In this document: positions 9,801 through 18,182 of the stretch, piece after piece | Position numbering within the stretch: position 1 is the first letter of the stretch | Layout of the letters: each line of letters starts with the position of its first letter | IMG/VR virus record: IMGVR_UViG_3300048998_000214 | Location: 1-43,308 of that record | DNA length: 43,308 nt | Reading direction: 5' to 3' (one strand) | DNA from: a virus | Lineage: Duplodnaviria; Caudoviricetes | Translations under genes and position numbers: made by a program | Notes under the pieces: generated by a model | Told to the model about the DNA's origin: nothing | The model's input: the letters and a program-made list of their open reading frames with translations, nothing else | The model's database searches: none

Positions 9801-10195
9801 TAAGCGTTCGGCGTATTGCCGGCCTGGCCGAACGTGTTGCCATAGGCCAGCGAGCCGGCCGTCATGTAGCGGCCGACAATGAAGCTGCGCGGTAGTGCGC
9901 CGCCCGCCTGCAGCCGGCCGGTAGTGCCGCCGGTCGTCTCGGTCGGTTGCGTCGCCTTCTTCGATTGCAGCGCCGTTGCGAGATAGGAGACGCCGAGCGC
10001 AGCCGCTGTCGTAAGCACGAACGTGGTGAGCGCGACGGCAACGCTGCCAGCAACTGCAAATTCGCTAAGCCCGATGGCCGTTAGGATGGCGATCGAGACC
10101 GGCTCCGCGCGTGCGGGAGCCGACGGTCCGGCAATGAGCGAGACAGCGACCGCCGCCGAAAACAGCGCGCGTCTTGCGGTGCGCCTTACGGACAT
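6848..10195 (-). CDS. Tail tip / central fibre (J-like host specificity protein)
   Basis: About 1115 aa from the ATG at 10195; PRSFIVGRYMTAGSL, YDRRFDSTAGGSG, FN3-like region, ~33-aa coiled-coil repeats (about 7590-7995), DUF1983-like FRADVFQI. Confidence 0.85.
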   Translation of the reverse strand: MSVRRTARRALFSAAVAVSLIAGPSAPARAEPVSIAILTAIGLSEFAVAGSVAVALTTFVLTTAAALGVSYLATALQSKKATQPTETTGGTTGRLQAGGALPRSFIVGRYMTAGSLAYGNTFGQAGNTPNAYFVQVIALSDIPVTGLAGLLVGGEPVTWNPGATPATEGIAIPEYASGGADHLWVRFYDGRQTTADARLVALFGSDPDRPYTDRRIGTGVAYAVVTALVDQELFSGFPACKFVLDGVPFYDRRFDSTAGGSGPQRLTDQSTWVLTSNLIVISENILRGISYAGQWLYGAQTVTGPQLPFASWTAAASECDVPIDLAGGGTEPQFAGGAEIRLDVQPADMLDELLKGCNGKLAEIGGTYKVRAGAAGAAVFSFTDADILSTEPQTFDPFPSLGQVINHVTAKYVSPAEAWNVKDAPPLQSSALEALDGGRRQSVNVVYNVVTSGTRVQRLMKSARDEQRAFRRHALPMPPEAFVLEPLDVVSWSSTRNGYVNKTFEIVSADDLPNLNMALAVRELDPNAYDWHAATDEQPVVDGTIQILRPPAQPIIDWFADPYTITAGAFSKPAILIGWDPNTHDVDGIRFEVRVKATSDVVLRDDKDANVLAIGALVVSQNLLPNTLYQARGQYRPASPRPVLWSNWLDVLTPNILVEPASLTTEVLKKFQEYSDRLQSIEDFVGEVVGRQDAANWLDKTSVKKTQWETRAALNTHIVTVEDDLDTTKAQVQTTTTALAALDGSFAAYRITVSVQFHDLSALVDLNASAIADLDGAFANYRITVTTQFADVIARVDINATAISTLDTAFGSFRVAVNATLGDHSSRITINADAFANLNGVFTSFQTTTSATLGSHSASIITSQNAIIQINGRMAAFYGLSVDADGHIASMQLASDGTLAGVRFRADVFQISLTGYTDLPPFSVGLINGAPALGFRGDAFFDGSVAARHLTADSITTNNLVADAATRMDAAAGNGSFAWYDGAAQQLLALPITSSGGKTFLEGSVTFESGSISSAADNVQQYDVILAMFMDGTPLASARVPARMRGSITGTSSFGGGALSNMRVGVDVEGTFHVSTVIVPAVGNHTIQLIAQPLTVGTPGPITVPSTLISLEAKR

Positions 10196-10596
10196 CGGAA
10201 TGCCCTCGTGGCTTGCTCGCGTGACAATGTGCCGAGACCGTCCTCGCGCAGCACCGTCACCCGCTCGCCATTGACGATGCCGAGCGCCCAACCGGTGCGT
10301 TCCGCTGGGAAAGCCATCACGTCGCCGGCACGCGCCAGCGCCGGATGGATTTCCTCGAACTGCAAGGCAATGAGCGCGCAGACGTCGTCATGACCGGCGG
10401 CGCGCAGCACCTGCATGGCCTCGTTGGCGCTCGTGTAGCGGCCGCGGTAGAGCACGGCGAGATCGACGCCGGTCATGGCCTCGACACAGGAGGCGACGAA
10501 CAGCGCGCAATCGTTGCGCCCATAAGCGAACGGCAGGCGGCGATGCGCCTCGATCGTCGCCGACAGTTTCGATCGCCAGTCGGTGAGCCGCTTCAT
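10186..10596 (-). CDS. Tail-associated NlpC/P60-like protein
   Basis: PFAYGRNDCALFVASCVEAMTGVD motif and ARAGDV; lies between hub and tip genes; ATGA-coupled start at 10596. Confidence 0.8.
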   Translation of the reverse strand: MKRLTDWRSKLSATIEAHRRLPFAYGRNDCALFVASCVEAMTGVDLAVLYRGRYTSANEAMQVLRAAGHDDVCALIALQFEEIHPALARAGDVMAFPAERTGWALGIVNGERVTVLREDGLGTLSREQATRAFRCP

Positions 10597-11252
10597 CCCT
10601 GCCGTCCTCCGGCAGCGGCGCTCGGCACCGGCCCGCGGTTGACACCCCAAGCCAGGTCCCATTCCCCGACCACGCCGGTGTCGATGTAAAAGTCGTCGGC
10701 GCCGGCGGTGCGCGCGAGCTGGCTTTCGTGCGAGCGGACTTCGGCGCTGGTGCGGGTCAGCTCGCGCGTGGTCGACACGCATTTGAGCGTGATCGAGCCT
10801 TCGCCGCCTTCCTTCGGCGTCATGATCGGCGCGCCGTCGACATAGCCGACAAAGCGCGGCTTCGCCGCCGCCGCCAGCAACCTGGTCGCCGGATCGAAAT
10901 AGCCGCGGTAGAGCTGCATCGGCGCGCCGCGCACGTCATAGCCGCGCACAAGCAGTTGCGTGATGTCGTCGAGCTGCGGCAGCTCGATGTCGACCGAGCG
11001 GATGGTGATGTCGGAGGTGAGCGGGATCGAGCCGACCACGAGCGCACCGCCGATGCCGCGGAAGTCACGCGCCACGATGGCGCCGGTGCGGCCGTCCTTG
11101 ACGTTGACTGAGACGGTGCGCACGTCATTCCAAAAGCCCTTTGAGACCGGCAGGCTGGTGGCGCGATCGGTGGCCGTCACCCACAGGAAGTCGCGCGCCA
11201 CCACGCTGCGGGCTTGGATGGCAGTAATTTCGGCGGCGTCGAGATCGCGCAT
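10593..11252 (-). CDS. Minor tail protein (hub-like)
   Basis: 219 aa; FVGYVDG and RSHESQ...GDDF-like motifs; siphovirus gene order after the distal tail gene. Confidence 0.7.
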   Translation of the reverse strand: MRDLDAAEITAIQARSVVARDFLWVTATDRATSLPVSKGFWNDVRTVSVNVKDGRTGAIVARDFRGIGGALVVGSIPLTSDITIRSVDIELPQLDDITQLLVRGYDVRGAPMQLYRGYFDPATRLLAAAAKPRFVGYVDGAPIMTPKEGGEGSITLKCVSTTRELTRTSAEVRSHESQLARTAGADDFYIDTGVVGEWDLAWGVNRGPVPSAAAGGRQG

Positions 11253-11884
11253 CAGGGCACCTGCACAGCGTTGAGCGTGATCGCGCTAAAGCCGCGCCGC
11301 ACCGATTGCGTGTCGTAGGAGCCGGGCACGATGATCATTTCGGCGGCCGGCTTCTTCAGCGAGACCACAAGGCCGGTGGTGGCGCCGGCGCGAATGTGCG
11401 GCGCCACCTCGGTCAGCGCGATCTGACCGCTGCCATTGGCGACTGCTGACGCCACGAATTGATGCAGGCAGCGGTGCACCGGCGCCGAGCCGTGATCGAA
11501 GGCCAGATAATCGCCGCGCGTGATCGCGTAGCCGACCGGCAGCCCGGCGAGCTGCAGACTCTTGTTGTCACCGCCGAGCGCGAGAATGGTGACCGTGCTG
11601 GCGCCGAGGATGGTGCCGTTCGGATCGCTGCGCGGATAGCGCGCCTTCGGATTCCAGACGTAGAAGCTATCGAGCGAGCCGCGCATCTGATTGACGTAAG
11701 CCTCGGCATCGGCGGCCTCGGCGTCAGTCATCGTCGATGAAGTCAGCTTCGCCAGCCACACTTCCGGTCCGAGATCGGCCACGCGCGGCGTGCCGCCGGC
11801 CTGGCGGCTGAGCTCCTGCCGCCACAGCGGCATAAAGCTCGTCTTGTCGATGCGGAGCGCCTCCATCAGGTTGGTGCTCGGCAT
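11252..11884 (-). CDS. Distal tail protein-like minor tail protein
   Basis: 210 aa directly after the tape measure; YPRSDP and GLPVGYAITRGDYLAF motifs. Confidence 0.7.
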   Translation of the reverse strand: MPSTNLMEALRIDKTSFMPLWRQELSRQAGGTPRVADLGPEVWLAKLTSSTMTDAEAADAEAYVNQMRGSLDSFYVWNPKARYPRSDPNGTILGASTVTILALGGDNKSLQLAGLPVGYAITRGDYLAFDHGSAPVHRCLHQFVASAVANGSGQIALTEVAPHIRAGATTGLVVSLKKPAAEMIIVPGSYDTQSVRRGFSAITLNAVQVP

Positions 11885-14226
11885 CAGCGCGCCCTCGGAT
11901 CAAGGCCGATGGCATGCACGCGATCGGGCAACCGGCGGTCATAGCTCTTGAGCTTGTCGTCGATCATCCTGCCGACGATGTCGAAGGAGCCGTCGTCGTT
12001 TTGCTTCACGTCCGCGGTGCTGCCGGCGACCGGATAGATGTTGATGACGGGAGCGGCCGAGCGCGCGCCACCGAGCGCCCGCATCTGACCGGGCGTGAGC
12101 ACGCTCTCGTCATCGCGGATGATGGCCGGCCGCTCACCCGGACCGATGCCGCTGTGGAGGCGCGGCGCGTTCTTGAAGTCGGCAGGAAAAGCCACACGGC
12201 CATGCGTGATGCGATCGCCAGGGCCGTAGCCGGAGTGATGCACGGCGGCGAGCGCGCCCGCGGTACCGCCGGCATTGCCGAGGGAGAGGCTGCCGCCGAA
12301 GCTGCCGATCGCGGCGCCGAACGCCTTGCTGACCAGCTGTTGGGTCGCGATGTCGATCAGCTTGTCGGAAATCTTGCCGAGTGCATTGACTCCGGCCTGC
12401 TTGAACGCCTCCCATTTGGTGGCGCCCTGCTCCAAGGCATTGCGGAAATCCTTGGCGAAGCCGGAGACGACATCGGTGACGAGCCCTTTGGTCGAAGCCA
12501 GCGCCTGGTTGAGCCTCAACTCCTGCGCCGTGGCTTGCGCGGCGGCCGAGGCGATCTGTCCGTTCTGCAGCAATCCCGCGGCATTGAGCCGGTTGAACAC
12601 TTCCTGCTCGCTGTCGGTGCGGCCCAGCTGGCTACGTTCGAAGCCGATGTCTTTCTGCAGTTTCAGATCGGCGAGATTCTCGCCCGCCGCACGATACGCA
12701 TCCGACTCTTTCCGGATGGCGGCGAGCTGCGCCGGCGACAGCGTGATGTTTTTAAGCCGCGCTTGCGCCAGCGCTTCCTGCTCCATGCGATAAGCGGCCG
12801 CCGCGGCGCCCGTCATGTTCAGCGAAGCCGCCTCCGCTACCGTGGCGGCAGTCTGCCCCTTGATCTGATCGGTAATCTGCCGCGTCTCGTTAAGCGCGTG
12901 GATGGCATTGACCTTCGCGCCGATCGCGCGCGTCGCCGCCTCGTCGCCGACGATGCCCGCCTTCACCGCGAGGTTGTAGACTTCCTGTTGCACCGCCGAC
13001 ATGCCGGCGGTGCGCGATTCCAACAACAGGGCGTCGTTGACCTCGTCGATGCGCTTCTTGCGCTCGATGAAGTCCTTGTTGAGCGGACTGGTAACTGCGG
13101 GGGCGAAACGCTGATCGAATGACGGCACGCCGGTGCGGTCGCCTCGCGTCGGCAGTCCTCCATCTGGCGCGAGCGTGCCGGCGCGATTACGACGTGCCAG
13201 CTCGCGCAGCGTCGCCTGATTGGCGGCGGCTTCTATCGCACCGGCCGCTCCCGGCGCCGCGTTGGCGATGCCATTGAGCACGTCCTTGAGCCGCAGACCT
13301 TCGGAGATCTGCTTGCCCCATTGCTCCAGCACCGAACTGCCGGATTGCGTGACCCGATTCCAGGCGGCGCTGAGTGTGTTGGCGGCCGGTGCGTCGGCGC
13401 CCTGCACCTGCGCGGTCACCGCCTTGAGAATGACCTGCTGCGCCTGCGCGGCTTTGCCGGCGGCATAGAGGTCGGACGCCAGCCGCTGCTCGGCAACCGA
13501 GAGTTTGAGTCCGACACCGGCCAACGCTTCGGTGGCTTTGGTGGGGTCCTGCAGCGCGGTCGCGATTGCCGCCGTCGCTGATTTCAGATCGGCGAAGCCG
13601 CTGCCCGCGAGATCCTTGGCGGCCTTGAGCACCTGGCCGAAGGCATCGCCGCCAACCGCTTTGTATTTCAGCAGCTCGGCTTCGGCGGCGCGGATGTCCT
13701 CGATCGATTGCGTGCCGCTGGCCGAGAGTTCGCGCGCCAGCGCTTCGAGGCTGGCGATGGTCTGCCCCGATGCATTCTTGGTGACGATGAGCGCACCGGC
13801 CGCCTTGGCCTGCTGATCTTCGAGCGCGGCATAAGCGGCGGCCGCCTTGTAGGCGACGGCAGCACTCGCGGCGATGGCCAGCGTACCCACGGTGATGGCG
13901 ATGCCGAGCCGGCTTGAGCCGATCGCCAGCACCCCGACCTGAGAAATCATACCACCGAGCGGGCCGCCGGTGAGCGCAGCTTCGCGCGCCAGCGTGCGGA
14001 ACGTCATCCGTAAGCTGCCGGAGGATCGGTTGGCGGTATCGATCGCGCCCGCCGCGCGGCGCGACGAGTCTTCGATCGCCCTGTTGCCGGACGCGACGCC
14101 TTGCGCGGCTACGGCGGTGCCACCGGTCCCCTTGACCACGCTGTTGATGGCGCGCGTCGCTTCGTCCGCCGCCTTCTTGGCGCCGGTGGCATCGCCGTCA
14201 ATGATCAGCGAGACCCGAAGAGTCAT
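11884..14226 (-). CDS. Tail tape measure protein
   Basis: 780 aa, Ala-rich and helical, follows the chaperone frameshift pair; C-terminal HSG...GE.PAI...E.VLT motif. Confidence 0.92.
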   Translation of the reverse strand: MTLRVSLIIDGDATGAKKAADEATRAINSVVKGTGGTAVAAQGVASGNRAIEDSSRRAAGAIDTANRSSGSLRMTFRTLAREAALTGGPLGGMISQVGVLAIGSSRLGIAITVGTLAIAASAAVAYKAAAAYAALEDQQAKAAGALIVTKNASGQTIASLEALARELSASGTQSIEDIRAAEAELLKYKAVGGDAFGQVLKAAKDLAGSGFADLKSATAAIATALQDPTKATEALAGVGLKLSVAEQRLASDLYAAGKAAQAQQVILKAVTAQVQGADAPAANTLSAAWNRVTQSGSSVLEQWGKQISEGLRLKDVLNGIANAAPGAAGAIEAAANQATLRELARRNRAGTLAPDGGLPTRGDRTGVPSFDQRFAPAVTSPLNKDFIERKKRIDEVNDALLLESRTAGMSAVQQEVYNLAVKAGIVGDEAATRAIGAKVNAIHALNETRQITDQIKGQTAATVAEAASLNMTGAAAAAYRMEQEALAQARLKNITLSPAQLAAIRKESDAYRAAGENLADLKLQKDIGFERSQLGRTDSEQEVFNRLNAAGLLQNGQIASAAAQATAQELRLNQALASTKGLVTDVVSGFAKDFRNALEQGATKWEAFKQAGVNALGKISDKLIDIATQQLVSKAFGAAIGSFGGSLSLGNAGGTAGALAAVHHSGYGPGDRITHGRVAFPADFKNAPRLHSGIGPGERPAIIRDDESVLTPGQMRALGGARSAAPVINIYPVAGSTADVKQNDDGSFDIVGRMIDDKLKSYDRRLPDRVHAIGLDPRAR

Positions 14227-14630
14227 TCCCTCACACCGTTGAGCGCGTCACGCGCTGCCCCCTCCATCACCCGCACGCCGGCCCACAGCTCCGGCGTGAT
14301 CGCAATCCCGGCCAGCTCGATGCCGATGCGCGCGCCGGCATAGTCGAGACCGAGCCAGAACACGTTGACCGGTGCCGCCATGCCGCCGCCGATCGGCGAC
14401 GTCCGCCATTGCGACGAAGCGGCGAGGAACGCGTCGACAATGTCGGCATGCTCCGGCCAGACTTCGACCTCGCCGGCGGCGGACAATGACAGTGCGCTGC
14501 GGATGGCATCGATCGCCTCTTCGGGAAGTCCGAAGCGCCGCGCGTCCTGCACTGCTTCGGGTTCGTCATCATCATCGGACCGCGTGCCGCCGCCTTCCGC
14601 CCAGCGCCGCGCGGCCCGTTTCAGTTTCCC
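14223..14630 (-). CDS. Tail assembly chaperone, -1 frameshift extension (GT-like, DUF1799-like)
   Basis: The -1 frame is open from the slippery site: KLKRAARRWAEGGGTRSDDDDEPEAVQDARRF...SQWR...GLDYAG...VRVME. Confidence 0.85.
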   Translation of the reverse strand, partial: GKLKRAARRWAEGGGTRSDDDDEPEAVQDARRFGLPEEAIDAIRSALSLSAAGEVEVWPEHADIVDAFLAASSQWRTSPIGGGMAAPVNVFWLGLDYAGARIGIELAGIAITPELWAGVRVMEGAARDALNGVRE

Positions 14631-14950
14631 GTCTTGACCTTGGTGACGGCATCGAAATAGGCGGTGGCCAAGGCGAGCCGCACATAGGGAAACCGCAGCA
14701 CCTGGTCGCGCACCTCGTCGCTATAGGGCACCGCCGCGCCGGCTTCGTTGGTGAGATCGTCGAGCTGCACGAGTGCGGCCTGCAGGAATTTCGAGGAGTC
14801 GGTGGCGCTCTCAAGATTGAAGGCGTCGATTTCCTCGGATGGCAGCACGCGATAGGTCGCCTTGACCGTATCGTCGCGGAAGCCGCCGTCGACAGGCACC
14901 TGCACGTGCACCACGCGGGTGAAGGTTGGATTGGCGACGATCTTGAACAT
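14621..14950 (-). CDS. Tail assembly chaperone (G-like)
   Basis: 109 aa starting MFKIVANPTFTRVVHVQVP, AGGAG upstream, ends TGN* at the slippery site. Confidence 0.85.
   Translation of the reverse strand: MFKIVANPTFTRVVHVQVPVDGGFRDDTVKATYRVLPSEEIDAFNLESATDSSKFLQAALVQLDDLTNEAGAAVPYSDEVRDQVLRFPYVRLALATAYFDAVTKVKTGN
14624..14630 (-). promoter_or_regulatory. Programmed -1 ribosomal frameshift site GGGAAAC
   Basis: G GGA AAC TGA (X XXY YYZ) directly before the chaperone stop; the -1 frame joins the downstream ORF. Confidence 0.88.
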
Positions 14951-14978
14951 GCTTCGAAGCTCCTTTGCGGTGACAATG

Positions 14979-15002
14979 AAACGGCCGCGGCGATCGCGGC
15001 CG
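14979..15002 (-). terminator. Hairpin after the tail tube gene (possible terminator or mRNA stabiliser)
   Basis: 8-bp stem CGGCCGCG-N5-CGCGGCCG followed by TTT on the - strand. Confidence 0.5.
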
Positions 15003-15003
15003 A

Positions 15004-15936
15004 TCAGGTGAGCGTGATCGAGAACTGGTCGTTGCCGGCATCGGTCGGCAGCGGCGCGAGCTTGAGCGTCCACATCAGGTCGCCGTTGTCGTTCTGGTAC
15101 TCCTGCGGCCGCCGCACGGTGCATACCGGACCGGCGACCGCGACCTTGTAGCCGGCACGCGTATCCTGCTGCATCGCGACCGCGACCCGGGCGAGCGTGT
15201 TGGCCTTGTCGAACGGATCGAAGGTCGCGAGCGGCACCGCCTCGACGTTGACGGTGATCTCTTCGTTCGAATCGACGATCTGGATTTCCTCGCGGCCGAT
15301 CAGCAGCCGCGGCTGCACGTCATTGGCCAGATCGAAGGTGAAGGACTTGGTCACCAGCGCTACGCCGTCGACCGTCATGATTGGCGTGTTGACGTTGGTC
15401 GAGAGCTTCGGCGTTTTGAACGCCGAGAAGTCGGCGACCGGGAGTGCCACGTCGGTTGGCTTCGCCCACAGCCCAGTGAAGGTGAAGCGGATCACCGGAA
15501 TGCCCTGCGCGTTGATCGTGAACACCGCCGTGCCGCGGCAGCCGAGCAACGCCTGCTTGGTGGCGCCGATGAAAAAATAGAACGCCGCGGACTCGTAAGC
15601 CGACGACACCGGCGCATAGACGACACTGACGCCGGCGCTCACCGTTTGTGAGAGCCCGACCGCGCGCATCAGCATCGAATAAGGCGGCGCGGCGCCGGCG
15701 GTGCCGCCGCCAACCATTTCGATGTCGAACTGCAGCACGGTGTGGAGATCCGCCGCGAACATTTCCTGCGGCCCGCGGAACGGCCGCTCCAGGTTGCGGC
15801 CGACGTCCTGGCCTTCCATCGGCCGGCAGACGACGTTGGTCGCCAGGATCGACTGCGTCGGCACCGGATCAACGCCATAGGTGGCCTCGATCTTCGCCTG
15901 GATCAGCTTCGACTTCCACCTAAAGGCTGCGGGCAT
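15004..15936 (-). CDS. Major tail tube protein
   Basis: 310 aa, AKIEATYGVDP N-terminal motif, directly upstream of the chaperone. Confidence 0.85.
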   Translation of the reverse strand: MPAAFRWKSKLIQAKIEATYGVDPVPTQSILATNVVCRPMEGQDVGRNLERPFRGPQEMFAADLHTVLQFDIEMVGGGTAGAAPPYSMLMRAVGLSQTVSAGVSVVYAPVSSAYESAAFYFFIGATKQALLGCRGTAVFTINAQGIPVIRFTFTGLWAKPTDVALPVADFSAFKTPKLSTNVNTPIMTVDGVALVTKSFTFDLANDVQPRLLIGREEIQIVDSNEEITVNVEAVPLATFDPFDKANTLARVAVAMQQDTRAGYKVAVAGPVCTVRRPQEYQNDNGDLMWTLKLAPLPTDAGNDQFSITLT

Positions 15937-15938
15937 GT

Positions 15939-16112
15939 TCAGCGATCCTTCTGCTTCGTCTTGCTGCCGTCGCTCGGCGCGGCAGCCGGTGTCACCGGTT
16001 CGGTGGCGGCAGGCTCGGGCGGCGCATCAGCCGGCCGGGTAAACTCGACGCGCTCCAGCGTGCCGTCCGGGCGCCGGACGTAGCTGCCGCCTTCTGTGGG
16101 ATGCTCGGTCAT
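15939..16112 (-). CDS. 57-aa hypothetical protein preceding the tail tube
   Basis: MTEHPTEGGSYVRRPDGTLERVE; ATGA overlap with the upstream gene. Confidence 0.7.
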   Translation of the reverse strand: MTEHPTEGGSYVRRPDGTLERVEFTRPADAPPEPAATEPVTPAAAPSDGSKTKQKDR

Positions 16113-16552
16113 GGGGGCGCGAACCTCAGCTGGGTCTGGATGGAAAACTCGATCTGGAAGAACACAGTGCCGGCGTTGACCGAGATCAGCCGGCCGCGCA
16201 GCGCGCGAAAGTCGCCGACCGCCTCGGCCGGATGCCACCCGCACACCGCCAGCAGGATGGATTGCGTGAGCGTGGCGACGGTGGCGATCGCGCGCTTGGC
16301 CTTCGGGTCGCCGAGCGACTGCACCACCAGCACGATGCCGACAACCTCATCGAGCGTCTGCTTATAGAACTGCGCGATATCGGACTGCGCTTCGCCGGCA
16401 TTGAAGCCGAGCGGCAGCACGAACGCTGCTTCCTTGCGCTGCGGCAGCGCGCCTTGCCGCACCAGCTCGGCGAAGTCGAATGCTTCGTCGACGGTCAGCC
16501 CGCTGACCTGCGCTTCGATGCGATCCTTCACTTGCTCGACCAGGCTGCTCAC
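16109..16552 (-). CDS. Tail terminator-like protein (Mu gp37 position)
   Basis: 147 aa; AAFVLPLG and AVCGW.P motifs; neck region. Confidence 0.7.
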   Translation of the reverse strand: MSSLVEQVKDRIEAQVSGLTVDEAFDFAELVRQGALPQRKEAAFVLPLGFNAGEAQSDIAQFYKQTLDEVVGIVLVVQSLGDPKAKRAIATVATLTQSILLAVCGWHPAEAVGDFRALRGRLISVNAGTVFFQIEFSIQTQLRFAPP

Positions 16553-17100
16553 GGGCGCGCCTCCGCTCGCAGCCAGTCTTCGGCGATCAGCACGATCTCG
16601 CGCGCGTCATCGACGTCGATGCCGAGGAACGGCCGCGCCGGGATGTGCGTCGTGTGCGCGCCGACCGCGACCTCCTGCGCATGCGTGGCCTTGCCCTTCT
16701 TAACAAAGCCCGACAGCTTGCCGGTGCTCTTGTTGACTTTGCGGTGAACCGTTTGCGTGCGCGCCGGATGCGCGATGTCGCCGCCGAATTGATGGATCGC
16801 GGCATAGATCACATTGCTGCCGACCTCGACGCCGGACTCGGAGGCAATGAACGTGATGGACTGCATAAGCCGCGCGGTATCGACCAGCGTCTTGCCGCCG
16901 GTTGCCAGTGCGCGCAGCGACGGCGGCCAGGGCGAGCCGCCCGGTTCGGTGCCGGTCTCGAAGCGGCGTTGCGTCGAGGCGACCAGCGACGCCCCGATGC
17001 GCTCGAACATGCCGCGCGGATTTCCGGCACGCGCCACCAGGCGGCCGAGCTCCTGCAGCGCCGCATCCTGACCGGTGATCCTGACGCCGGCGCCGCTCAT
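16549..17100 (-). CDS. Virion morphogenesis protein (Mu gpG-like)
   Basis: RRFETGTEPGGSPW, VGSNVIYAAIHQFGG, IPARPFLG motifs. Confidence 0.9.
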   Translation of the reverse strand: MSGAGVRITGQDAALQELGRLVARAGNPRGMFERIGASLVASTQRRFETGTEPGGSPWPPSLRALATGGKTLVDTARLMQSITFIASESGVEVGSNVIYAAIHQFGGDIAHPARTQTVHRKVNKSTGKLSGFVKKGKATHAQEVAVGAHTTHIPARPFLGIDVDDAREIVLIAEDWLRAEARP

Positions 17101-17522
17101 ACAAAGCCCTTCAGGTTCTCGGACGTGAACGGCCGTTCGCGATCATTGGTGCGCACGCCAGTGGCGCCGCTCGCGGTCGGCTCGACGCCGGCGACATCGA
17201 GACGCACGATGCCGGCTGCGATGTCGCGCAAGGTGCGCAGCGCATCGTCGTAGTCGCGGCGGATTTTGTCGGAGGCGACATTGCCGTGCAGCTTGTAGAT
17301 CGAGATCGTCAGCGCCAGGTCGCGCACGATCGCCGGCGTCGCGGTCAGCGGCAGCAGATAGCGACCCTTGAGAAATCCATCGATGAAGGCATCGGCGTCG
17401 GCGAGGGCGCGATCGACAACGCTTGTATCGATCGCATCGGCCGCACCGGTACGGTCGGTCAGCTCCATGAGCATGTCCGCGCCGAACCGATCGGTCAGCT
17501 GCTGGAGGGTCGCGTAGCTCAT
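17097..17522 (-). CDS. Head-tail adaptor (Mu gp36 / DUF1320-like)
   Basis: MSYATLQQLTDRFG, ALADADAFIDGFLKGRYLLPL, YDDALRTLRDIAAG. Confidence 0.9.
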   Translation of the reverse strand: MSYATLQQLTDRFGADMLMELTDRTGAADAIDTSVVDRALADADAFIDGFLKGRYLLPLTATPAIVRDLALTISIYKLHGNVASDKIRRDYDDALRTLRDIAAGIVRLDVAGVEPTASGATGVRTNDRERPFTSENLKGFV

Positions 17523-17692
17523 CGCACGATGGCCCGCAGCAGGTCGAGCGCGGCATCGGCAAAACCGAGCGCGAAGCTCACCCCGGTGTCCGCGTCGTTG
17601 GCGTCCACAAAGCCGACGACATCGCGCAGCGACTTGCCTTCGCGGAACGCAGCACGGCCGCGCTCGTAGCTCGGTGCGTCGATCTTGTTCAT
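17519..17692 (-). CDS. 57-aa protein, possible Rmf/CrpP-like fold (not in ORF track)
   Basis: My translation: MNKIDAPSYERGRAAFREGKSLRDVVGFVDANDADTGVSFALGFADAALDLLRAIVR; ATGA overlaps at both ends. Confidence 0.65.
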   Translation of the reverse strand: MNKIDAPSYERGRAAFREGKSLRDVVGFVDANDADTGVSFALGFADAALDLLRAIVR

Positions 17693-17922
17693 GACGCGCG
17701 GCTCTCCAGAAAGCGGACGGCATCGCCGACTGTGTGAAACGTCTCGATGGTGGCGTCATCGATCTCGCAGTTGAATGCTTCCTCGAATGCCATCACGATT
17801 TCGATGCGCTCCAGATCATCGGCGCCGAGGTCTTCGCAGAAGGTCGCTTCGTCGGTCACCTTGTCGGCCACGACCTTGAGGTGCTTGACGATGATCTCCT
17901 TGGCGCGCGCGCCGATGCTCAT
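17689..17922 (-). CDS. Acyl carrier protein homologue lacking the phosphopantetheine serine
   Basis: 77 aa aligning end to end with AcpP, but DLGADDLERIEIVMAFEEAF replaces DLGADSLDTVELVMA.EEEF; also has TVGDAV. Confidence 0.9.
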   Translation of the reverse strand: MSIGARAKEIIVKHLKVVADKVTDEATFCEDLGADDLERIEIVMAFEEAFNCEIDDATIETFHTVGDAVRFLESRAS

Positions 17923-17936
17923 CAGCTCATTCCGGG

Positions 17937-18182
17937 TTAGGCCTTGCGGACTTCGACGGTCGCGCTCGTCACGTCGTAAGAGTCCTTGTTCGGCACGTCG
18001 CACAGATGCCCGTAGCCGGTGACGGTCACGCGCACGTCTTCGCCATAGCGAGCGGCCAGACCATCGATGCCCGCGGCGACGTAGTCCTTGATCGACTGCG
18101 GCGCCGTGTTGGTGGCAAGCAACCGCTTCGCCTCGACGGCCGGCTGCGACTTGATTTCCGGATAGGTCAAATTCCAGCTCAC
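17937..18182 (-). CDS. 81-aa hypothetical protein
   Basis: GTG start behind a strong AGGAGGAG RBS; MSWNLTYPEIKSQPAVEAK. Confidence 0.75.
   Translation of the reverse strand: MSWNLTYPEIKSQPAVEAKRLLATNTAPQSIKDYVAAGIDGLAARYGEDVRVTVTGYGHLCDVPNKDSYDVTSATVEVRKA

Noticed and set aside
17689-17922. Functional acpP as an auxiliary metabolic gene, or a link to the lpxK insertion site
   Set aside because: The attachment serine is absent; Mu-type insertion is near random, so the lpxK flank is probably coincidental.
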